Source of the DNA: Actinomycetota bacterium
GTDB taxonomy: Bacteria > Actinomycetota > UBA4738 > HRBIN12
Reading direction: 5' to 3'
Assembly (NCBI GenBank): GCA_050692375.1
Contig: JBOGVK010000234.1
Span: 1-54,940 of the forward strand
DNA length: 54,940 bases
Position numbers and translations under genes: made by a program. The first letter of the stretch is position 1, and the number at the start of each line of letters is the position of its first letter. The notes under the pieces are model-generated. The model was not told the origin of the DNA. It saw only the letters and a program-made list of their open reading frames with translations, and did no database searches. This document shows, one piece after another, positions 43,975-53,488 of this stretch.

Positions 43975-46391
43975 GCAAGCAGCGCAAGCACACGTCGATC
44001 CAACGCGGCACGGCCCATGTGTCCCGCCCTCGCTTGTCGGAACGCGAGAGACGTATCCCCGCCACCTTCTGGGATCGGAGCAAGTTCGTCATCTTGCTGC
44101 TCGGTCTGTGGGCATGCGGGCTCGCGATCGTGTGGACCACCACGGTCAACCCCATCGGCGGACCGTTCTCCGACGCCCTGCGGATCGCGTTCCACGACTA
44201 CGCGTGGATCCTCACGCTCCTCGGCATCGAGGTGCTCCGACAGTTCCACTACCTCATCGAGGAGCATTCGAAGGGGTACTACCGGTTCTGGCAGCAGACC
44301 GTTTTCGCCAGTGCCGCGCGCCGGATGGGCAAGATGGACGACTGGACGCGCTTCCGCGCGGCGCGGGCGTTCAAGGCGTTCATCTTCCTGCTCGCGCTCA
44401 GCACGTTCCTGGGGCGGATCTTCCACACCGACCCGGTGTGGTTCGGGCTCCTCGACGCTCCCGGCCGGCTCGTCACGGCCCTGCCCTTCGTTTTCCAGCT
44501 GTCGTTCGGATTCCTGTTCATCATCATCCAGTTCGGCGGGCTGTTCTGGTTCCTCTCGCGCGGCGGCATCGACACCTACATGCCGGACGACCTGGAGACC
44601 CGGTTCTCCGACGTGAAGGGGCAGGACCCGGTCCTGGAGCGGGTCCAAGAGAACATGATCTTCCTCGAGGATCCAGAGGCGATCGAAGACCGCGGCGGGT
44701 ACGTCCCCGGAGGTCTGTTGCTCTGGGGACCCCCGGGAACGGGCAAGACGCTGATCGCGCAGGCGGTGGCGGGCGAGACCGCGAAGCCGTTCGTGTTCGT
44801 GGACCCGGGGGCCTTCACCCAGATGTTCATGGGCGTGGGGATCTTGAAGGTGAAGAGCCTGTACCGGAAGCTCCGCAAGCTGGCGGTTCGCTACGGGGGC
44901 GTGATCGTGTTCTTCGACGAGGCGGACTCGCTCGGCAACCGCGGCTCACTCGGAACCCAGGGTGGCGGTTGGAACTTCGGGGGCGCAGCGGGCGGCTCGG
45001 CGCTCGACCCCGGGTGCAACGGTCTGGCGTACCTCGATCCCGCCTCGCGCGACGCCATGGTGCGATCGGAGATGGGAGACGCCCGAAGCCCGATCAAGGA
45101 CCCGATCTTCATGGGCGGCATGGGCGGTGGTGGCGGCATGGGGACGCTGCAGGCGCTGCTCTCGGCCATGTCCGGGCTGAAGAAGCCCCGCGGATTCATC
45201 AACCGGTACGTGCGGCGCCTGCTCGGCATGAAGCCGAAGCCCCCGCCCAAGTACCGCATCCTGCACATCTTCGCCACGAACATGCCGCAGGCGCTCGACG
45301 AAGCGATGCTCCGGCCCGGTCGCATCGACCGGATCTACAAGGTCGGCTACCCCTCGAAGGAGGGGCGCAAGTCCACCTACGACTACTATTTCGCGAAGGT
45401 GCAGCACCAGCTGACGCCGGCCGACATCGACAAGCTCGCGACCATGACGCCCTACGCCACGGGCGCGAGCATCCAGGACATGGTGAACGAGTCGCTCGTG
45501 ATCGCGATCCGCGACGGGCGGGAGGTCATCAACTGGGCCGACGTCACGCGAGCGAAGCAGCTGAAGGAGCACGGACTCCCCGACGATAGTCAGTACGTCC
45601 GCCGTGAGCGACACGCAGTGGCGATCCACGAGGCGTCGCACGCCGTTGCCGCCTACCGCACCCGGCGCCACATGGTGATCGACATGGCGACGATCGAGCG
45701 CCGCGGCGACATCGGCGGCTTCGTCTCGTCGATCCCCCCCGAGGACCAGTTCGTCCAGTGGCGATCGGAGCGCGATGCCGACATCATCGTGAGCTTGGCC
45801 TCGCTCGCCGGCGAGCGGCTGTTCTTCGAGGGAGACAACTCCGCGGGGGTCGGGGGGGACATGCGGAGCGCGACCGCGATCGCCGCGCTCATGCTCGGGT
45901 ACTGGTCGATGGGCGACACCGTCGCCTCGCACGGAGTCTCGAAGCTCGCGATCTCGGGCACCAGCGCCGGCACCGCGGAGGACGGCACCGACCGCAACTT
46001 CCTCGGGACCGACCTCGGCAAGCGCGTGGAGCTCAAGCTCCAAGAGATGCTCGAGGTGACCGCGCAGCTGCTCCGCGAGAACCGCAACGAGGTCCTGGCG
46101 GTCGCGCACGCGCTCGAGACGCACAAGACCGTCTCGGGCGACGATGTGGAGGCCATCATCGAGGGACGTCAGGGCCCGCTCGTGGATGGTCACCCCTACC
46201 ACGACCCCGCGTTCGCCGAGGAGATGGAGCGCTATCACGAGGCGGCTCTCGAGGCGCACCGCGATCACGCGCGCGTCGACATCTCGATGCCCGTCCCCGC
46301 GATCGCCGGCGTCCCGGGGTCGAACGGCCAAGGGAACGGCCAGGCCATCCTGCCCCAGGGTCTGCCGCGCCGGCCCGACATCGAGGGCTGA
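43971..46391 (+). CDS. Divergent FtsH-like membrane AAA+ ATPase / zinc metalloprotease
   Basis: An N-terminal region of about 200 aa carries several hydrophobic helices. The AAA module has Walker A GPPGTGKT (44727..44750), Walker B VFFDEAD (44910..44927), sensor-1 FATN and RPGRIDR. The M41-like protease domain has HEASH (45627..45641) and GGDMRSAT. A Gly-rich insert lies between Walker B and sensor-1. Confidence 0.82.
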   Translation: MSKQRKHTSIQRGTAHVSRPRLSERERRIPATFWDRSKFVILLLGLWACGLAIVWTTTVNPIGGPFSDALRIAFHDYAWILTLLGIEVLRQFHYLIEEHSKGYYRFWQQTVFASAARRMGKMDDWTRFRAARAFKAFIFLLALSTFLGRIFHTDPVWFGLLDAPGRLVTALPFVFQLSFGFLFIIIQFGGLFWFLSRGGIDTYMPDDLETRFSDVKGQDPVLERVQENMIFLEDPEAIEDRGGYVPGGLLLWGPPGTGKTLIAQAVAGETAKPFVFVDPGAFTQMFMGVGILKVKSLYRKLRKLAVRYGGVIVFFDEADSLGNRGSLGTQGGGWNFGGAAGGSALDPGCNGLAYLDPASRDAMVRSEMGDARSPIKDPIFMGGMGGGGGMGTLQALLSAMSGLKKPRGFINRYVRRLLGMKPKPPPKYRILHIFATNMPQALDEAMLRPGRIDRIYKVGYPSKEGRKSTYDYYFAKVQHQLTPADIDKLATMTPYATGASIQDMVNESLVIAIRDGREVINWADVTRAKQLKEHGLPDDSQYVRRERHAVAIHEASHAVAAYRTRRHMVIDMATIERRGDIGGFVSSIPPEDQFVQWRSERDADIIVSLASLAGERLFFEGDNSAGVGGDMRSATAIAALMLGYWSMGDTVASHGVSKLAISGTSAGTAEDGTDRNFLGTDLGKRVELKLQEMLEVTAQLLRENRNEVLAVAHALETHKTVSGDDVEAIIEGRQGPLVDGHPYHDPAFAEEMERYHEAALEAHRDHARVDISMPVPAIAGVPGSNGQGNGQAILPQGLPRRPDIEG

Positions 46392-46445
46392 GCCCGAGCG
46401 AACGCAGCGGGGCAGACGAGGTCCGCGGGTATCCTGGGTCGCACT

Positions 46446-47834
46446 GTGCGTCTCTACAACAGCCTGACACGTGAGCTCGAGGAGGTCGTGCCGGTCGAAC
46501 CCGGCCACGTGAAGATCTACTCGTGCGGGCCGACCGTGTACCGCTACATCCACATCGGCAACATGCGCTCGTTCATGCTGGGCGACCTGATCCGGCGCGC
46601 GCTCCGCTTCGAGGGCCACGACGTGACGTGGATCATGAACATCACCGACGTCGGGCACATGACCGACGACGTCACCGACACGGGCCGCGACAAGATGGAG
46701 CTCGCCGAGTCCGACGAAGGGCTCTCGGCGGTCGAGATCGCCCAGAAGTACACCTTGGCCTTCCTCGAGGACGCCGATTTCTTGGGGATCGAGCGCGCCG
46801 CCTTCTACCCGCACGCGACGGACCACATCAAGGAGATGATCTCGATCATCGAGACCCTGATCGAGCGGGGTCACGCCTACGTGGTGGACGGCACCGTCTA
46901 CTACGACGTCACGACCTTCCCCGCATACGGCAAGCTCTCGGGGAACACCTTGGACCAGCTCCGCGCCGGGCATCGGCAGGAGGTCGCCGTCGACCCGGCC
47001 AAGCGTCATCCCGCGGACTTCGCTCTCTGGAAGAAGGCGGGCGCGACCCGATCGCTGAAGTGGCCCAGCCCGTGGGGCGAGGGCTTCCCTGGTTGGCACA
47101 TCGAGTGCTCGGCGATGTCCATGAAGCACCTCGGCGAGCGGTTCGACATCCACACCGGCGGCAACGACAACAGGTTCCCGCACCACGAGGACGAGATCGC
47201 GCAATCCGAGGGTGCAGTCGGGCATCCGGTGGTGTCGATCTGGGTGCACGGCGGGTTCCTGCAGATGGGCGGACAGAAGATGTCCAAGTCCGCCAAGAAC
47301 ATCAAGCGCGTGACCGATCTGGCGGACGAAGGGATCGATCCCCTCGCCTATCGGCTCCTCTGCTTCGGAACGCGCTACCGGAGCGAGATGGCCTTCAGTT
47401 GGGAGGCGCTTGAGGGTGTGCACCGACGGCTCGTCGAGCTCCGGCGACGCATGGCCGAGTGGGCGCCCGCTTCGTCGACGCTCTCGGATGCGGGGGCCGC
47501 GTACGACGCACGGTTCCGGGAGGCCGTGGCCAGCGACCTCGACATGCCCGCGGCGCTCGTCGTGATGAACGAGGTGGTCTCCTCCGATCTCCCAAGCGGC
47601 GAGAAGTACCTGTTGCTCGCCTCCTGGGACCCTGTCCTCGCCCTGGATCTCGAACGCGAAGCGAAGAGCGATTGGGAGCCGACCGAGGAGATGCGGGCGC
47701 TGATGTCCGAGCGCGACATCGCTCGTGCCGCCAGGGACTTCGCGAAAGCCGACGCGCTCCGCGGGCGACTGGAGACGCTGGGACTCGAAGTGATGGACAC
47801 GCCCGAGGGCACCACGGTTCGCTCGACCGGCTAG
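46446..47834 (+). CDS. cysS: Cysteine--tRNA ligase
   Basis: It contains MRLYNSLTR, CGPTVYRYIHIGNMRSF (HIGH), KMSKS, and a C-terminal anticodon-binding tail ending in a CysS-like ...ADALRGRLETLGLEVMDTPEGT. Its 462-aa length fits CysS rather than MshC. Confidence 0.88.
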   Translation: MRLYNSLTRELEEVVPVEPGHVKIYSCGPTVYRYIHIGNMRSFMLGDLIRRALRFEGHDVTWIMNITDVGHMTDDVTDTGRDKMELAESDEGLSAVEIAQKYTLAFLEDADFLGIERAAFYPHATDHIKEMISIIETLIERGHAYVVDGTVYYDVTTFPAYGKLSGNTLDQLRAGHRQEVAVDPAKRHPADFALWKKAGATRSLKWPSPWGEGFPGWHIECSAMSMKHLGERFDIHTGGNDNRFPHHEDEIAQSEGAVGHPVVSIWVHGGFLQMGGQKMSKSAKNIKRVTDLADEGIDPLAYRLLCFGTRYRSEMAFSWEALEGVHRRLVELRRRMAEWAPASSTLSDAGAAYDARFREAVASDLDMPAALVVMNEVVSSDLPSGEKYLLLASWDPVLALDLEREAKSDWEPTEEMRALMSERDIARAARDFAKADALRGRLETLGLEVMDTPEGTTVRSTG

Positions 47835-47840
47835 TCCGCG

Positions 47841-48713
47841 TCAGACTAGGTCGAAGGGGGACCGTGCCGCCCGGCCCGCCATCGCCTCGGCGGCTTCGCT
47901 CAGGTAGCGGGTCCCCGTGAGTCCAGGAAGCTCCGCGATCGTGCGATCCATCTCACGCAGTGACGCCCGCCCGTCCTCGTCACCGAAGAGATAGGACACG
48001 AGGAAGTCCGTCTCGGCCTGAGGCCGGATGCCCGTTCCCACCGGTGCCCAAAGGTGATCCAGGGACCAGCGGACGAGGCGCTGAGCGCGTGGGCTGTCTG
48101 CCAGTCGCCGCCGTGCTTGCGAGCGATAGAACGCGAAGTGCCGTCGTTCCTGCTTGATGATGGCTCGCAACAACTGGACGAGCGGCACGTTGTCGGTCTT
48201 GGCGATCATCCGGTGATAGGCGGTGAGCGTCGTCAGCTCGTTCATCGCTCCCCACGTCATGTGGATCGCCACGAAGTCCTCCTCGGCAACCGCCGAGCCG
48301 ATCAGCGTGCCAAGGTGGCTGACGATCCCCTGGCGGGCAAGCCGGCGGCGGATCCACTGGTTGCGTCTGCGGCGTGAGGGGTAGCGCGAATCGTGGGAGA
48401 CCCGCTCCGCGTCGGGCGCGACGTCGACGCCTGCTTCACCCAACAGCCTGCTGAACGCCTCTCCATGCCAGAGCTCCTCGAAGTTCCAGCAACACAGGAA
48501 CGCGGTCACATCCGGGTCGTCGGCGGCGTGGGTGGCGAGGAGGTCGCGCATGAACACCACCGTGTGGCTCTCGATGTCCATCATGTACCGAAGGACCCGG
48601 ACCTCCTCGGGCGTGAGCGGCGATTCTCCTGCGCGGTGCCATTCGACCTCGGAGAGGTCGACGCGGCCCGATGACCGGATGAACTTGTCCAGATCGAAGT
48701 CGATGGTCTGCAT
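47841..48713 (-). CDS. Ferritin-like diiron-carboxylate protein (AurF / acyl-ACP-desaturase-like)
   Basis: It has two E...ExxH pairs: DIESH...NFEELWH and MNELTT...KQERRHFAFY. It is all-helical and 290 aa long. The exact family was not determined. Confidence 0.6.
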   Translation of the reverse strand: MQTIDFDLDKFIRSSGRVDLSEVEWHRAGESPLTPEEVRVLRYMMDIESHTVVFMRDLLATHAADDPDVTAFLCCWNFEELWHGEAFSRLLGEAGVDVAPDAERVSHDSRYPSRRRRNQWIRRRLARQGIVSHLGTLIGSAVAEEDFVAIHMTWGAMNELTTLTAYHRMIAKTDNVPLVQLLRAIIKQERRHFAFYRSQARRRLADSPRAQRLVRWSLDHLWAPVGTGIRPQAETDFLVSYLFGDEDGRASLREMDRTIAELPGLTGTRYLSEAAEAMAGRAARSPFDLV

Positions 48714-48748
48714 CGCCTTTCGTGCTTCGCACCCGGACGGATATCGGA

Positions 48749-49855
48749 TCAGTCGACGGTCTGGAGCTCTCGGGTCGACCGGTTCAGCCGCTCCACCCCG
48801 TCGACGGTCACAGCCACGATGTCCTCGATGCGGACGCCGAACCTCCCTTCCAGGTAGATCCCCGGCTCCACCGAGAACGTCATCCCCGGTGTGAGCACGG
48901 TCCGGTTCCCCTCGATGATGTAGGGGGGCTCGTGGACCTCGAGCCCGATCCCATGGCCAGTCCGGTGGAAGAACCGCTCGCCGTAGCCTCCGTCGTCGAT
49001 GATCCGGCGGGCCGCGCGATCGACGTCCTGCGCGGACGCGCCCGGGCGGACGGTCTGCACGGCCGCGTCCTGGGCCTCCTGTACCAACCGGTATACCTCC
49101 GGGAATCCCTCGGGCGGCTCCCCTACCACGACCGTTCGCGTCGTGTCCGAGAAGTACCCGCCCAGCTCGCCGCCGAAGTCCATCACGACGACGTCCCGTG
49201 GCAGGATCGTCCGGCCGCCCGGCTCATGATGGGGAGAGGCGGCGTTCGGTCCCGACGCCACGATCGTGAAATCGGCCCGCGAGTGTCCATGTTGGAGCAA
49301 CAGATCCGCCAGATCAGCCGCGACCTCCTCCTCGCGGCGACCGAGGAACCGCGTCCCGCAGATCTGCCGGAACGTCTCGTCGGCACCGCGTCCCGCCCGG
49401 TGGAGCGCGGCGAGCTCGTCGGGGTCCTTCACCGCGCGGAGGCGCCCGATGATCGGTGAGGCCGGCTCGAACGCGAGTCCCGGTGCGGACCCCTGGAGCG
49501 CCAGCACGTGCGACGCCCACATCCGGTCGCCGACGGCGACGCGCCCTTGCGGAGGAAGCGTGCGGGTCACCAGCTCGTACGGGTCCTCACCGTCACGCCA
49601 TCCGATGATGGAGTCGGACGACATCGTCTGCCCGAGCGAGGACGCTAACGCCAGCGGCCGCTCGAGCTCCGGGACGACGAGCAGGGCGTCACCGTCGGGC
49701 CGGATCACCAGCAGGGTCGCCCGTTCGAGCAGCATCGGTCCGTAGCCCGTCAGGTAGACCAGGTCGGGAGACGGCGTGACGATGACGGCCTCGAGTCGCT
49801 CCTCGGCCGCCTCGGCGGCCAGACGTTCCCGGCGGGTCTCGTGGTCGGCGGTCAT
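48749..49855 (-). CDS. Xaa-Pro dipeptidase / aminopeptidase P (peptidase M24B)
   Basis: It has a creatinase-like N-terminal domain and the pita-bread catalytic motifs VVVMDFGG, HRTGHGIGLEVHEPP and SVEPGIY. Confidence 0.9.
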   Translation of the reverse strand: MTADHETRRERLAAEAAEERLEAVIVTPSPDLVYLTGYGPMLLERATLLVIRPDGDALLVVPELERPLALASSLGQTMSSDSIIGWRDGEDPYELVTRTLPPQGRVAVGDRMWASHVLALQGSAPGLAFEPASPIIGRLRAVKDPDELAALHRAGRGADETFRQICGTRFLGRREEEVAADLADLLLQHGHSRADFTIVASGPNAASPHHEPGGRTILPRDVVVMDFGGELGGYFSDTTRTVVVGEPPEGFPEVYRLVQEAQDAAVQTVRPGASAQDVDRAARRIIDDGGYGERFFHRTGHGIGLEVHEPPYIIEGNRTVLTPGMTFSVEPGIYLEGRFGVRIEDIVAVTVDGVERLNRSTRELQTVD

Positions 49856-50793
49856 AGCTTGAACAGGATCGATCGGGGCACGAGCTGGAACGTCGCCGGC
49901 GTCGTCCCCAGGAGCTCGCCGTCGGCGACGATCGGTAGGGGCCGGTCGGCATCGATCGATACACGGATCTTCGCCCGGGTCTCGAGGACATGCGGGTCCG
50001 GGATGTGGTCGCCGTTTCGATAGATCCTGGGGAGCAAGGTGTAGGCATCCGAGCGCGGTCCCTTGAACACGAGCACGTCGAGGACGCCGTCGCCGGGGTA
50101 CGAACGCGGGGACAGGCGCATGCCACCCGACGTGAACTGTGCGTTCCCGACGATCACGTTGAACGCCGGTCCCTCGTACCGGTGCCGGTCGGCTTCGATC
50201 CGAACGTCTCGAACGCGCGTCCGGAAGAAGGTGGCCCAGAACGCCAGGAACGGACCGGCTCGCCTGGTCCAGGCGGGGATGTGTTCCGCTCGCCGCGCGA
50301 CCGCTGCCCCGAACCCGACCTCGGCCAGATTCACGCTGTAGCGGATCGCGCGTTCGCCGTCGGCCCCGGTATAGACCACCTTCATCACATCGAACGGATA
50401 GGTGGCGTCACCCAACAGGTGCCCGCACGCCCCGTCGACGTCGCCTGGGAGCCCGAAGCTCCGAACCAGGTCACAGCCCGAATGCGCCGGTACGACCCCC
50501 AGCACCGGATCCTCCGCGATCGTGCGGCCGTCGCGGAACATGCCATTGACCACTTCTTGGATCGTGCCGTCACCGCCCACCGCGACCAGGAACCGAGCAC
50601 CACCGTCCATCGCCTCCGTCGCCAGGCGTGTCGCGTCGCCGGGCCCGTCGGTCACCTTGAGCGAGTAGTCGAGTCCGCGCGCGGTCAGGCCGCGCTCCAG
50701 CGCCGCAAGCTCGCGGCCGACACGCCCCTCCCCCGCGTGGGGGTTCGCGATGACGGTCAGGCAGCCGAACGGACTCGCGGTCATAGGCGGCAT
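49852..50793 (-). CDS. Diacylglycerol kinase family lipid kinase (YegS-like)
   Basis: It contains VIANPHAG and VAVGGDGTIQEVVNGM. The start was set at ATG 50793 (alternative 50784), just downstream of the helY stop. Its stop overlaps the peptidase start. Confidence 0.85.
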   Translation of the reverse strand: MPPMTASPFGCLTVIANPHAGEGRVGRELAALERGLTARGLDYSLKVTDGPGDATRLATEAMDGGARFLVAVGGDGTIQEVVNGMFRDGRTIAEDPVLGVVPAHSGCDLVRSFGLPGDVDGACGHLLGDATYPFDVMKVVYTGADGERAIRYSVNLAEVGFGAAVARRAEHIPAWTRRAGPFLAFWATFFRTRVRDVRIEADRHRYEGPAFNVIVGNAQFTSGGMRLSPRSYPGDGVLDVLVFKGPRSDAYTLLPRIYRNGDHIPDPHVLETRAKIRVSIDADRPLPIVADGELLGTTPATFQLVPRSILFKL

Positions 50794-50798
50794 CGTAA

Positions 50799-53453
50799 CT
50801 AGACCCCCGTGTATGCGACGACGCCGTGGACGACCGTCGCCCGCGCGTCGCGGAACCGATCCGCCGTGGGTCGTTCGGCGACGTCTTCGATCTGGCGCAA
50901 CAGGTCGACCAATTGCTTGCACTTGCGAACGAAGTCCCCCGGCGCCATCTCGGTCTCCTCCAGCACGTCCTCGAGCGGTTTTCCTTCCGCCCAATGGAAC
51001 ACGGGCGTCGCGAAACCCGCGTCGAGGCCGCGGCTGAGCTCGACCTGGTGCTCTTCTTCCGTCCGTCGGATCCGTCGGTACGTGCGCTCCAGCAGTTCGT
51101 ACCGATCACGGGTCGTACCCGTCGGCATCTCGCCCGGCGAGGGAACGCGTTCGCGCGACTCATACACGACGGCGCTGAGGAGCGACGCGACCTCCGACGC
51201 CGCGAGGTCGTCGAATAGTTCTTCGGCGAGCGACTCCCCCACCAGCAGGTCGGCCTCGCCGTAGATGCGAGCCAGCATCCGACCCTTCGGTGTGATCGTC
51301 CAGCCGTCCACGTAGCCGAGCGTCTCCAGGACGGCCAGGACCCGGTCGAACTGGCGCGCAAGCGTTTCCGTCCGGATCTGGATCCGCCGATCCACGCCGT
51401 GCATCTGGGCGGCGAGCGCGTCGACGCGGACCGCCCATCGTTCGTGCTTGGATCGCTCGGGGCAGGCGTGACACGGATGCTCGGCTGCCTCGGCCTCCAG
51501 CCGGGACGCCTTCTGCTCGACTTCAGGATCCGCGGGATGCCGGGTCTCCCGTGGGCGCTTGACGTGGAGCGAGACGAGGCGCGCCGCGACGTCACGACGG
51601 AACCGGGCGCTCCGCGAGCTACCCGACCTGGGCAGCACGATCCGCGTGAGCACCGAGGGCGGATCGTCGAAGTCCTTCGCGGAGAGGCGGAAGTACGTCC
51701 GGTCCTCGGAGAGCACGGTGGGCTTCCCGTCGCGCGACGCGAGCACCACCGCGAGGCCGCGCCGCCGCGCGCGCGGCACGTGGATCACCTCGCCGGGCCG
51801 AAGTCCGGCGACGGCGGCGCGGATGACGTCAACCCGATCGCGCTCGCGACCACGGCGGTCGTCGTCGCGCAACCGCTTCGCCGCCGCGAGCAGTCCCCAG
51901 TACTCGTCGAAGTCCCCCAGGTGGCACACCAGGTTCGTTCGGTAGCCGTCGAGCGCCTTCCGGTCGCGCTCCCGCTGGCGCTCCAGGGCGACGACGCCCC
52001 GGTCGGCCAGGAACTGCGCGAAGGACGAGTTCAAGAGTTGATGCGCCTGCTCGCGGGTGTAGTTGCGCACCAGGTTGACGGCCATGTTGTACGAAGGTCG
52101 GAACGACGAGGTGAGGTCGTATGTGCGCGTCGCTGCGAGGCCGGCAACACGCTCGAACGGTACCTGGCGCTGATAGACCACGACCGCGTGCCCCAGCGCA
52201 TCGATGCCTCTCCGTCCGGCGCGCCCCGTGAGCTGCGTGTACTCCCCCGGCGTCAGGATCTCGTGCCGCTCTCCCTGGAACTTCCAGAGGTCTTCGATCA
52301 CGACCGTCCGCGCCGGCATGTTGATGCCGAGCGAGAGTGTCTCGGTCGCGAACACCACCTTCACCAACCCCGCCTCGAACAGCTCCTCGACCGTCTCCTT
52401 GAAGACGGGCAGCATGCCCGCGTGATGGGCTGCGACGCCGGCCGTCAAGCTCTCGAGGAACTCGTAGAACCCCAGGGTGACCAGGTCGTCCTCGTCGATC
52501 CACGCGGCTCGGCTCTCGGCGCGTTCCGCGATGCGGTCCGCCTCCGCCCGCGTCGTGAGACGCAACCCCGACTCGCGGAGCCACTGCACGCTCCGCTCGC
52601 ACCCCGCGCGGCTGAACACGAAGTAGATCGCGGGAAGCATGTCCGCCTTCGCGAGAACCTCGACGACCTCCTCGCGACGCGGCACGTACACGCCGCGGTG
52701 GCCCTCGCGTGGACGGTTCATCCGGTGCGTCTGGATCGCGTTGCTCCCGACCCGGCGGTACTCCTTCACGCGGAGCTCTTGCTGATCCAGCGAGACCACG
52801 TAGGGGTTGGGGAGCAGGACCCCTTCCTGCTCGATGTGCATGGGATGCAGGCGATGCCCGACCAGGTAGTGATGCTCGAGCGGAACGGGACGCCGTTCCT
52901 CGATGACGACCGTCGTCTCGCCGCGCAGGGTCTGGATCCAGTCGCCGAACTCCTCGGCATTGGAGATCGTGGCGGACAGGCACACGACGGACGCCGAGAG
53001 CGCGAGGTGGATCAGCACCTCCTCCCAGACGGCGCCGCGGTAGGGGTCCTGCAGGTAGTGGACCTCGTCCATGATCACGGTGACCAGACCCTCGAGCGTG
53101 CCGCTCCGCTCGTAAAGCATGTTCCGCAGGACCTCGGTGGTCATCACGACGACGGGCGCCTCCGAGTTGACCGCGTTGTCGCCCGTGAGGAGGCCCACGC
53201 GGTCCGAACCGTGCCTGGCGACCAGATCTCCGAACTTCTGGTTCGACAGGGCCTTCAGCGGAGTCGTGTAGAAGGCTTTGCCGCCCCGGGCGAGCGCGCG
53301 CTCGATCGCGTACTCGGCGACGACCGTCTTCCCGGAGCCCGTGGGGGCAGCGACCAGCACCGATCGACCCGCGTCGACGGCGTCGATCGCGGTGCGCTGG
53401 AACTCATCGAGCGCGAACGGATATCGGGCGGCGAAGGCCGCGGGCGTGGGCAT
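50799..53453 (-). CDS. helY: Ski2-like DEAD/DEAH-box helicase HelY
   Basis: It has LDEFQ..A, AAPTGSGKTVVAEYA (motif I), DEVHYL (motif II), SAT, a helicase C domain and a long arch/DSHCT-like C-terminal region. Length is 884 aa, as for Rv2092c. Confidence 0.9.
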   Translation of the reverse strand: MPTPAAFAARYPFALDEFQRTAIDAVDAGRSVLVAAPTGSGKTVVAEYAIERALARGGKAFYTTPLKALSNQKFGDLVARHGSDRVGLLTGDNAVNSEAPVVVMTTEVLRNMLYERSGTLEGLVTVIMDEVHYLQDPYRGAVWEEVLIHLALSASVVCLSATISNAEEFGDWIQTLRGETTVVIEERRPVPLEHHYLVGHRLHPMHIEQEGVLLPNPYVVSLDQQELRVKEYRRVGSNAIQTHRMNRPREGHRGVYVPRREEVVEVLAKADMLPAIYFVFSRAGCERSVQWLRESGLRLTTRAEADRIAERAESRAAWIDEDDLVTLGFYEFLESLTAGVAAHHAGMLPVFKETVEELFEAGLVKVVFATETLSLGINMPARTVVIEDLWKFQGERHEILTPGEYTQLTGRAGRRGIDALGHAVVVYQRQVPFERVAGLAATRTYDLTSSFRPSYNMAVNLVRNYTREQAHQLLNSSFAQFLADRGVVALERQRERDRKALDGYRTNLVCHLGDFDEYWGLLAAAKRLRDDDRRGRERDRVDVIRAAVAGLRPGEVIHVPRARRRGLAVVLASRDGKPTVLSEDRTYFRLSAKDFDDPPSVLTRIVLPRSGSSRSARFRRDVAARLVSLHVKRPRETRHPADPEVEQKASRLEAEAAEHPCHACPERSKHERWAVRVDALAAQMHGVDRRIQIRTETLARQFDRVLAVLETLGYVDGWTITPKGRMLARIYGEADLLVGESLAEELFDDLAASEVASLLSAVVYESRERVPSPGEMPTGTTRDRYELLERTYRRIRRTEEEHQVELSRGLDAGFATPVFHWAEGKPLEDVLEETEMAPGDFVRKCKQLVDLLRQIEDVAERPTADRFRDARATVVHGVVAYTGV

Positions 53454-53488
53454 GGAGCCAGTCTACGGGTGGGTCGACATCCGGCGTC

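Noticed and set aside
46446-47834. MshC (mycothiol ligase) rather than CysS.
   Set aside because: The 462-aa length and the CysS-like C-terminal anticodon-binding tail fit the tRNA ligase. MshC paralogs are shorter and lack that tail. Phylogeny would settle any residual uncertainty.
47831-47849. An inverted repeat CTAGTC-CGCGTCA-GACTAG formed by and between the convergent stop codons of cysS and the diiron gene, as a possible bidirectional terminator.
   Set aside because: The stem is only 6 bp with no U-tracts. It could easily arise by chance from two facing stop codons, so the support for a terminator call is too weak.
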